Source: an uncultured Gammaproteobacteria bacterium (lineage in GTDB: Bacteria; Patescibacteriota; Microgenomatia; Levybacterales; UBA12049). From it: 64,000 nt of DNA. The notes under the pieces are model-generated. The model was not told the DNA's origin. It ran no database searches and saw only the letters and a list, made by a program, of their open reading frames with translations. The stretch is from assembly GCA_964523705.1 (NCBI GenBank), contig CAZFYA010000002.1, forward strand, positions 47,114-111,113, read 5' to 3'. Numbering within the stretch: the first letter of the stretch is position 1; every line of letters begins with the position of its first letter. Shown here piece after piece: positions 20,193-27,042 of this stretch. The position numbers were made by a program, and so were the translations under genes.

Positions 20193-20214
20193 TTTTGATG
20201 CTAATCCGAAGCTG
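20193..20214 (-). promoter_or_regulatory. Conserved upstream element copy (ttttgatgctaatccgaagctg) in front of the NlpC/P60 gene
   Basis: 21/22 identity to the other copies. On the minus strand it is followed by TGGTATAAT and then GTG after 6 nt. Confidence 0.45.
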
Positions 20215-20251
20215 CAAATCGTGAACATTATTAAAACTTATTTCTAACAAA

Positions 20252-20521
20252 TTACAGTCTTTTTAGTAATTGTAAATTGCTCTGAATTAAGGATTTCTTT
20301 TTTGCTCTTGTCCATTTTTTAATCTGTATTTCTCTTTTCATTGCTTCCTGAAGAGTTTTATATTTTTCATAATAAACAAGTTCCACCGGTTTTTTACCAC
20401 GAAGATATTTAGCAGACTTACTTTTACCTGAATTATGTTCGGTTATTCTTCTTTTAAGGTTATTGGTTTGTCCGCAATACAAAGAATTGTCAGAACAACG
20501 GACTATGTAGAAGAAATACAT
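20252..20521 (-). CDS. GIY-YIG nuclease-superfamily small protein (UPF0213/YhbQ-like)
   Basis: 89 aa. YFFYIVRCSDNSLYCGQTNNLKRRITEHN (GIY...YIG...R..EH). Confidence 0.8.
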   Translation of the reverse strand: MYFFYIVRCSDNSLYCGQTNNLKRRITEHNSGKSKSAKYLRGKKPVELVYYEKYKTLQEAMKREIQIKKWTRAKKKSLIQSNLQLLKRL

Positions 20522-20620
20522 ATGGTTCGGCTTATTTCATTCGCTCACCACCTTCTTTTCGCTTGAGCTATAGCCCTGAGCGAAGTCGAAGGGCTGGGAG
20601 TTGTGGATTCGAACTAATTG

Positions 20621-20693
20621 CGAGCCGCCGGGGGATCGAACCCCGAACCTATTCCTTAAGAGGGAATTGCTCTACCAATTGAGCTAGCGGCCC
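20621..20693 (-). tRNA. tRNA-Lys (anticodon CUU)
   Basis: Reverse complement is GGGCCGCTAGCTCAATTGGTAGAGCAATTCCCTCTTAAGGAATAGGTTCGGGGTTCGATCCCCCGGCGGCTCG. Anticodon loop CTCTTAA. Confidence 0.85.
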
Positions 20694-20751
20694 TTTTACT
20701 TCAATCTTGTATTTTAGTATACTATATCAAGCACTCTTAAACAACAATTAT

Positions 20752-20824
20752 GCGCCTGTAGCTCAATGGATAGAGCACTTCGCTTCGGACGAAGTGGTTG
20801 GGGGTTCGACTCCCTTCAGGCGCG
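20752..20824 (+). tRNA. tRNA-Arg (anticodon UCG)
   Basis: GCGCCTGTAGCTCAATGGATAGAGCACTTCGCTTCGGACGAAGTGGTTGGGGGTTCGACTCCCTTCAGGCGCG. Anticodon loop CTTCGGA. Confidence 0.8.
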
Positions 20825-20853
20825 CTAAATTTTTATTCTGCCTATAATCCTTT

Positions 20854-23199
20854 ATGAATAGTAAAGTTTTAAAAATTTTTAAGATATTTTTAGGTTGGCC
20901 AATCACAATAATTTCCTTTATTTTTATTTTTAAAATCATTGCCGATAAATCAGTTGAAGTTATTCCTCTTATAAGTAGTATTAATTTACTTAATTTAGCC
21001 TTAGGACTGTTTTTTTTAATTGCTTTTTTCTTTTTAAGAGGATATTTATGGCATCTTTTAATTAAAAAGGAAGCTAAAATTGAGGCAAAAGAGTCGCTTA
21101 ATCTTTGGGCACTTGCAGAACTTAAAAGGTACACTCCTGGAAATATTTGGTCTTTTTTAGGGCGGGCATTTTCCTTTGAAGAGAAGGGGATAACTAAAAA
21201 GAAAACTGCATTATATCTTTTATACGAGGCTGAATTTTTTATTTTTGGCGCAACTATTGTTTCGTTATTTTCCTTAAAATACACACTTAATCTTTTAAAT
21301 ATTATGCTTGAGGAAAATGTTATCTTGTTAATCTATGTTATCTTCTTTTTACTTCTTTTTCTTTTTATATTCAACAAAAAAATAAAAGCTTTTCCTAGGT
21401 TAAATTATTTAAATAATATAAAGTTAACTCTTCTTTCAACTATTGCTTTGTTTTGTTTTGGAATTGGAAGCTACTTCTCAGCTATCTCTCTATTTAATTT
21501 AGATCTTAGGAATTTTTTATTTGACAGCAGCTTTTTAACTTTTTCTCTTTTAATAGGCTATTTATCAATTATTACACCCATGGGGTTTGGAATAAGAGAA
21601 CTAATAGTTATACTTGGCTTTTCAAAACTAATTGGACTTGAAAATGCCGGAATTTTATCTATTTTTATAAGAGTAGTACTTATCCTTTCAGAGTTAATTT
21701 TTGTATTTTTTGTAACAAGAATAAACAGCATTAAACAAAATATTTTTAATAAACTATATTTTTATATAAGCAAAAATGCTCATGAATTTCTCCTGTTAAT
21801 TGGAACGTTATTTTATTTTCTATACTTTACAATTGCTTCTTTTCTTCGTTTTGATAATTTCTATACCGGAAAATTTGACCTTGGCAATATGGCGCAGACT
21901 GTCTGGAATAGTTTAAATGGTAATCTTTTCATGTTAACAAACCCAAATGGCATAGAGCTTGTCTCAAGGCTATCATTTCATGCCGATTTTGCCTTAGTTT
22001 TTCTTACTCCTTTTTATTATCTTTGGCCAAGCCCAAAAGTTCTCCTTTTAATTCAAACACTAATTATTTCACTTGGTGCAATTTATGTTTATTTAATTGC
22101 AAAGCATGTTTTAAAAAACAAAAATATTGCTTTATTATTTTCTTTTATTTACTTAATTAATCCTCTTACTCAATACGTAAATCTTTATGATTTCCATGCA
22201 GTCTCCTTTGCAATCACGTTTTTATTGGCAGCTTTTTATTACATTCTTAAAAGAAAATATTATTTATTTCTTGTTTTTTCTATCTTAGCAGCTTTAACAA
22301 AGGAGGAAATTTGGCTTACATCAGGAATGATGTTTTTTTATTTTTATATAAAGAACTATAAAATTAAAAATATTAATTACAAAAAAACATTAAGCCTTAT
22401 TTTTGGTCTTTTGTCTTTTATAATATTTTATTATTCAATCTGGGTTTTAATACCAGGTGCATCAGGAAATAGCCATTTTGCGCTGTCGTATTATTCAGAA
22501 TTTGGTGATTCACCGGGAATTGTAGTTAAAAATATTATTTTAAATCCGTTTAAAACTTTTGCAATTGTATTTCACGAAAAAAATATAGACTATTTATATA
22601 ATCTCTTTGCACCTTTAGGATTCTTGTCCATTTTTAGCCCGCTGTATTTAATATTTGCTCTTCCTGATTTAATCATAAATTTGTTAAGCAATAATAAGCA
22701 ATTAAGTGATATTTATTATCAATACACATCCGGTATTATTCCGTTTCTTTTTATCTCTTCAATTTATGGTTCTAAATTTATCTTAAAAAAAATTGGTAGT
22801 AATGTTTTAATCATTTATTTATTAATTGTTTCTTTTGCCTCCGCTTATTATATTGGACCCCTGCCATTTTCAAAAAATCCAAATACAGACATGTTTATAA
22901 AACAGGTTGAAGAAAAAGAGGAGATAAAAAGCTTTTTAGATAAAATACCAAAAGATGTAAAGGTTTCAGCAACAAATAACTTAGGTGCTTATCTTGCAAA
23001 TAGGGAATACCTATTTGTAATTCCGGTTGGAACAAAAAGTGCAGATATGCTTGTATTCCTACTTAATGATAGCTATGCTCAACCATCACTTAATGCGCAA
23101 AAAGAAATGGCAAAAGATTTTGAGAATAATTTAAATTATGAATTGGTATATAAAAATGGCGATTTTGTGGCATTGAAAAAGAAAAATATTGCTAAATAA
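20854..23199 (+). CDS. Large polytopic membrane protein: N-terminal flippase-like/UPF0104 (LPG-synthase-TM-like) region fused to a DUF2079/GT-C-like putative glycosyltransferase
   Basis: 781 aa and more than 20 predicted TM helices. The N-terminal ~290 aa contain RYTPGNIWSFLGRAFSFEEKG. The C-terminal ~480 aa contain FDLGNMAQTVWNSLNG, a long loop and a soluble C-terminal domain. Family names are by recollection. Confidence 0.45.
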   Translation: MNSKVLKIFKIFLGWPITIISFIFIFKIIADKSVEVIPLISSINLLNLALGLFFLIAFFFLRGYLWHLLIKKEAKIEAKESLNLWALAELKRYTPGNIWSFLGRAFSFEEKGITKKKTALYLLYEAEFFIFGATIVSLFSLKYTLNLLNIMLEENVILLIYVIFFLLLFLFIFNKKIKAFPRLNYLNNIKLTLLSTIALFCFGIGSYFSAISLFNLDLRNFLFDSSFLTFSLLIGYLSIITPMGFGIRELIVILGFSKLIGLENAGILSIFIRVVLILSELIFVFFVTRINSIKQNIFNKLYFYISKNAHEFLLLIGTLFYFLYFTIASFLRFDNFYTGKFDLGNMAQTVWNSLNGNLFMLTNPNGIELVSRLSFHADFALVFLTPFYYLWPSPKVLLLIQTLIISLGAIYVYLIAKHVLKNKNIALLFSFIYLINPLTQYVNLYDFHAVSFAITFLLAAFYYILKRKYYLFLVFSILAALTKEEIWLTSGMMFFYFYIKNYKIKNINYKKTLSLIFGLLSFIIFYYSIWVLIPGASGNSHFALSYYSEFGDSPGIVVKNIILNPFKTFAIVFHEKNIDYLYNLFAPLGFLSIFSPLYLIFALPDLIINLLSNNKQLSDIYYQYTSGIIPFLFISSIYGSKFILKKIGSNVLIIYLLIVSFASAYYIGPLPFSKNPNTDMFIKQVEEKEEIKSFLDKIPKDVKVSATNNLGAYLANREYLFVIPVGTKSADMLVFLLNDSYAQPSLNAQKEMAKDFENNLNYELVYKNGDFVALKKKNIAK

Positions 23200-23226
23200 T
23201 TTAAATATAGATAAGATAAAATTAGG

Positions 23227-24033
23227 ATGATAAACGTTGTAAAAGCCACAGGTGAAATCGAACCATTTTCTGAAAGTAAACTTAGGTCCTCAATAAAAAG
23301 AGCAGGGGTGCCGGATAACCAAGCAGATCAACTTATTGAATATATTAAGTCAAACTTGTATGACAATATTCATACCTCGCAAATCTACAAATACATTGAG
23401 GACTTTTTCAAAAAAAATAATTCCTATGCAAGATCAAGGTATAGCCTAAAACAAGCCTTAATGGATTTAGGTCCAACCGGATACCCGTTTGAGGATTACG
23501 TTGCTGATATTTTAGAAAATGAAGGATACAAAACAAAGGTAGGGCAAGTTATCCAGGGAAAGTGCATTACTCATGAAATAGATGTTATAGCAGAAAAAGA
23601 TAGCAAAAAAGTAATAATTGAAGCAAAATTCCATAATGCCGCTGGTATTAAGACTGATTGCCATGTTGCTATGTATACAAAAGCAAGGTTTGATGATTTA
23701 TCAAAAATAAACGGTTTTTCAGAAGCTTGGATTATTACCAATACAAAGGTAACTAAGGACGCCCTAAATTTTGCTTTATGTTCAAACATGAAAGTTATTG
23801 GCTGGAACTACCCGAATGGTAATAGCTTAAGAGAAAAAATTGAACACTCAAAACTATTTCCAATAACTGCCCTTACCACTCTTTCCCAAAACCAAAAACA
23901 ACAATTAATGCAAGAACATATAATAATGTGTAAGGACCTTATTAAAAATTTAAATGTTTTAGACTCCTTATCCTTTCAGAAAAATAGAAAAGAAAAAGTA
24001 CTAGAAGAAGCTAGATTTATCTGCAGTGAGTAA
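23227..24033 (+). CDS. ATP-cone domain protein fused to a restriction-endonuclease-like (PD-(D/E)xK, Mrr-like) domain
   Basis: N-terminal ~90 aa (VVKATGEIEPFSESKLRSSIKRAG) resemble an ATP-cone. The central region has HEIDVIAEKDSKKVIIEAKFH (D...ExK-like). Confidence 0.4.
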   Translation: MINVVKATGEIEPFSESKLRSSIKRAGVPDNQADQLIEYIKSNLYDNIHTSQIYKYIEDFFKKNNSYARSRYSLKQALMDLGPTGYPFEDYVADILENEGYKTKVGQVIQGKCITHEIDVIAEKDSKKVIIEAKFHNAAGIKTDCHVAMYTKARFDDLSKINGFSEAWIITNTKVTKDALNFALCSNMKVIGWNYPNGNSLREKIEHSKLFPITALTTLSQNQKQQLMQEHIIMCKDLIKNLNVLDSLSFQKNRKEKVLEEARFICSE

Positions 24034-25275
24034 TTATACTTCTACAAGCTTATACCTTTCATGTTTATCCGCTAAATAACCGTTTGGAACCGTAGTTAAT
24101 TTATCTGAATAAAGTAAAAAGCCATTTCTTATTGTATGGTCTCCAAACTTACTATTTATGTTATCTATTGTTTTTGTAAGCTTTTCCTGTTTTTGATCAA
24201 CGTCAAACAGGGAAAGGTTTGTATTTTTTCTATCTTTTAAATTTGAAACCCAAAGATGAATCTGTCTTACATATTTTTCTTTTATTAAATCATTTTTAAA
24301 ATAGGGGAGAGAAAAGTTATAGATTTCCCTACCTGTATCAACATATTCTTTAAATGTTTTTCTAAAATGAATATTTTTGTCCCCAACTAAAAAAACCGCT
24401 ATTGTTCTTCCTTTTTTACCAAGTCTTCTAAGCTTTATTCCAATCTCTTCTGATAATTCATAAATATTTTGTAAAATTATTCTTTTATTAGATTCATTCT
24501 TAGGTAAACAATAACTTCTACTAACAGATTTTACCTCTAAAGGCACGGTGTAGGGAATAACTTTTGAATCATCAATTCCAAGACCTACTCTTTGTAAAAA
24601 ATTTCCCTCAACGTTTCCAAATTCATTTATTAATAACTTAAGTGGTGCATTTCGAAGTTGAATTAAGTTAAAAATTCCAATTTCATTTAGCCTTTTTTTA
24701 ATTCGCTCTCCAATTCCACAAACATCAGTAAGCTTTGTGTTTTTATACACACTTATAACATCTTCTTCTTTTATTAAAGTTTTTCCATTAGGCTTATTTA
24801 GTCCTGAAGCAAGTTTTGCTAAAAGCTTATTATGTGATATCCCAAAAGAAGCAGTAATGTGTTCACCAATCTCTTTACTTATTCTTCTTTTAATAATTGC
24901 AATTGTTTTTTCAACTCCACCAAAGAGATTTTCGGTTTTTGTAATATCCATAAATACTTCATCAATTGAAAAAAGTTCTGTAAACGGAGAATAGTCCTTG
25001 CAAATATTTAAAAACTTTTTGGAGACTTCAAAGTATTTATTAAAATTAGCAGGGACTAAAATTAATTTGGGACAAATTTTTAATGCCTCATAGCTTTTTG
25101 AACCGGTTTTTATACCAAGCTTTTTAGCTTCTCTACTTGAGGCAATAATACAAGTTCTGCTGTTCGCCGCCGTAACACCTAAAGGCCTGCCCCTAAGCTT
25201 TGAATTATATTGTTGTTCAACACTGGCAAAAAAAGAATCAAAATCAATATGGAGGATAATTTTTTGAGCAGTCAT
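24034..25275 (-). CDS. dinB: DNA polymerase IV (Y-family translesion polymerase)
   Basis: MTAQKIILHIDFDSFFASVEQ (canonical DinB N-terminus with catalytic Asp residues), SIDEVFMD, little-finger region. The true start is at 25275; the track ORF extends upstream. Confidence 0.9.
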   Translation of the reverse strand: MTAQKIILHIDFDSFFASVEQQYNSKLRGRPLGVTAANSRTCIIASSREAKKLGIKTGSKSYEALKICPKLILVPANFNKYFEVSKKFLNICKDYSPFTELFSIDEVFMDITKTENLFGGVEKTIAIIKRRISKEIGEHITASFGISHNKLLAKLASGLNKPNGKTLIKEEDVISVYKNTKLTDVCGIGERIKKRLNEIGIFNLIQLRNAPLKLLINEFGNVEGNFLQRVGLGIDDSKVIPYTVPLEVKSVSRSYCLPKNESNKRIILQNIYELSEEIGIKLRRLGKKGRTIAVFLVGDKNIHFRKTFKEYVDTGREIYNFSLPYFKNDLIKEKYVRQIHLWVSNLKDRKNTNLSLFDVDQKQEKLTKTIDNINSKFGDHTIRNGFLLYSDKLTTVPNGYLADKHERYKLVEV

Positions 25276-25346
25276 AAGAAAATTATAGAAAAAAAATACG
25301 AAGAAAATCAATATGACCAAGTTGGTCAAAGGACATCAAAAGTTAG

Positions 25347-25389
25347 ATAAAAAAGCCTGCCCCGTAGGAGCCGGAGGCTCCCTTCGGGG
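25347..25389 (-). terminator. GC-rich Rho-independent terminator downstream of the MFS gene
   Basis: Minus strand reads CCCCGAAGGGAGCCTCCGGCTCCTACGGGGCAGGCTTTTTTATC: a compound hairpin plus U-run, strikingly GC-rich in an AT-rich region. Confidence 0.7.
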
Positions 25390-25417
25390 TAAATAGAACA
25401 AAATACGACAATTAAGA

Positions 25418-26611
25418 TCAATTAATTTTGTGTACTCTTCTTATTCTCCTAAAAATAGTAAATGCGCCAAATGAACTTATCCCAACAATTGCCGATGCAA
25501 TAAAAAAGGGAGCAGGAATTAAATAACTGTAAGCAAATGTTCCGGCTAGGGGACCAAATAGTCTTCCAAGAGAACCTACTGACTGAAATATTCCCATAAT
25601 GCTTCCTTGTTCATGTTTTGGAGTTAGCTTTGATGCAAGTCCGGTTAAAACAGGATTAACAATTGCGTTTCCAAATGAAAGTATTGTAAATACCAACAAT
25701 AACTCTAACATATTATGGGAAAAAGGAATCAAGAAAAACGAAACTGCCATAAACATAAGACCTAAAACCGCAAGTTTTTTCTCACCTAGAAATCTAACTA
25801 GTCTTTTTAAAAAGACAAATTGAGTAATAACTGAAACTAATCCTGTATATGCAAATACATATCCAACTTGTAAAACACTAAAACCTAACGAATCATTTGC
25901 AAAAAGCGCAAAAGTTCCCTGCAAAAGTGAATGCGCAAACATAAAGAAGAAAAAAAGCATTATAATCATACCGACTACCGGTCTTGACAGTGCGTCTTTA
26001 AATAATTCAATATCAAATAATTTTTTTCTTGTTTTTAAAGGCACCCTGGTTTTATCTAAGCTTTCAGGAAGAAAAAAATAGGTAAGAACAAAGGCAATAA
26101 AAGAGAGCAATGCTGCAAAAAGTGCCGGCACATGATATCCAAATTGTGCAAGAAGACCTCCAATTGATGGACCGAATATAAAACCTAGTCCAAAACCTGC
26201 AGCAATAATACCCATTCCATATGTCCTGTTTTCATCATCTGTAATATCAGCTATATATGCTTGGGCTGCTGAAATATTTCCTCCTGAAATCCCATCAATT
26301 ATTCTTGAAATAAATAAAAGAAATATTGTATTGGCAATTCCAAGAAGAATAAAAGAAATAATAGTTCCAACCATAGAAACTAAAAGAACAGGTCTTCTGC
26401 CAATCTTATCTGACAATTCTCCTAAGATTGGGGAGAATATAAATTGAAATAATGAAAAAGACGCATACAAAAAACCAATTGTTAAGGGGCTTGCACCTAA
26501 ACTTTCGCCATAAAAAGGCAAAAGTGGCAAAATAATCCCAAATCCAACTAGTTGAACAAAAATAATAACAAATATGGTTAAAAACCTTTTATCAATGCTT
26601 AAAATTTTCAT
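25418..26611 (-). CDS. MFS transporter (DHA1-like drug:H+ antiporter family)
   Basis: 12 TM. GELSDKIGRRPVLLVSMVG (MFS motif A). Start taken at MKILSIDKRF (26611). Confidence 0.85.
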   Translation of the reverse strand: MKILSIDKRFLTIFVIIFVQLVGFGIILPLLPFYGESLGASPLTIGFLYASFSLFQFIFSPILGELSDKIGRRPVLLVSMVGTIISFILLGIANTIFLLFISRIIDGISGGNISAAQAYIADITDDENRTYGMGIIAAGFGLGFIFGPSIGGLLAQFGYHVPALFAALLSFIAFVLTYFFLPESLDKTRVPLKTRKKLFDIELFKDALSRPVVGMIIMLFFFFMFAHSLLQGTFALFANDSLGFSVLQVGYVFAYTGLVSVITQFVFLKRLVRFLGEKKLAVLGLMFMAVSFFLIPFSHNMLELLLVFTILSFGNAIVNPVLTGLASKLTPKHEQGSIMGIFQSVGSLGRLFGPLAGTFAYSYLIPAPFFIASAIVGISSFGAFTIFRRIRRVHKIN

Positions 26612-26697
26612 AAAAAAATGGACCTTCCCACCCACAGGAATATTGCATCAGTTTTCAGGCCAGTTTAATACTTGTGGATTGAATCTACTCTTAAATT

Positions 26698-26775
26698 TGG
26701 GGTGGCTGAGGGGAATTGAACCCCCGACCCTCTGGACCACAACCAGATGCTCTAAGCCACTGAGCTACAGCCACC
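26698..26775 (-). tRNA. tRNA-His (anticodon GUG) with genomically encoded G-1 and 3' CCA
   Basis: Reverse complement is G-GTGGCTGTAGCTCAGTGGCTTAGAGCATCTGGTTGTGGTCCAGAGGGTCGGGGGTTCAATTCCCCTCAGCCACC-CCA. Anticodon loop TTGTGGT. The extra 5' G pairs with discriminator C73. Confidence 0.85.
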
Positions 26776-26779
26776 ATTG

Positions 26780-26852
26780 CGACCCGAGCGCGAATCGAAC
26801 GCGCAACCTACTCCTTAGAAGGGAGTTGCTCTATCCGTTGAGCTACCGGGCC
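26780..26852 (-). tRNA. tRNA-Arg (anticodon UCU)
   Basis: Reverse complement is GGCCCGGTAGCTCAACGGATAGAGCAACTCCCTTCTAAGGAGTAGGTTGCGCGTTCGATTCGCGCTCGGGTCG. Anticodon loop CTTCTAA. Confidence 0.8.
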
Positions 26853-26874
26853 ATATTATATAATATATAATTTG

Positions 26875-26946
26875 AGCGGCGGAGCGGATTCGAACCGCCG
26901 ACCTTCTCCTTGGAAGGGAGACATTCTACCACTGAACTACCACCGC
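26875..26946 (-). tRNA. tRNA-Gly (anticodon UCC)
   Basis: Reverse complement is GCGGTGGTAGTTCAGTGGTAGAATGTCTCCCTTCCAAGGAGAAGGTCGGCGGTTCGAATCCGCTCCGCCGCT. Anticodon loop CTTCCAA. Confidence 0.8.
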
Positions 26947-27008
26947 TGATACTACAATTTTACCATTTTTTAGAGGAAAATTAAAATCAGTTTACAAAAA
27001 TTTCTTAA

Positions 27009-27036
27009 TTGACAAAATATAATCTTATAGTATAAT
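27009..27036 (+). promoter_or_regulatory. Consensus sigma-70 promoter (TTGACA-16-TATAAT) driving a leaderless transcript of the 27043 gene
   Basis: TTGACA at 27009-27014, TATAAT at 27031-27036, and ATG at 27043 only 6 nt downstream of the -10. Confidence 0.55.
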
Positions 27037-27042
27037 TCGTTT

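Noticed and set aside
20540-20620. A complete additional tRNA gene between tRNA-Lys(CUU) and GIY-YIG #1
   Set aside because: Only a T-loop, T-stem 3' strand and acceptor 3' strand are present (TTCGAATCCACAACTCCCAGCC). I could not fold a D-arm, anticodon arm or 5' acceptor strand on either strand. Reported instead as a tRNA 3' fragment.
20763-21284. Minus-strand ORF 20763-21284 (173 aa)
   Set aside because: It overlaps tRNA-Arg and lies antisense to the 781-aa membrane protein gene. It is low-complexity Lys-rich, an antisense artefact of an AT-rich coding region.
26574-26870. Plus-strand ORF 26574-26870 (98 aa)
   Set aside because: It reads straight through the tRNA-His and tRNA-Arg genes on the opposite strand.
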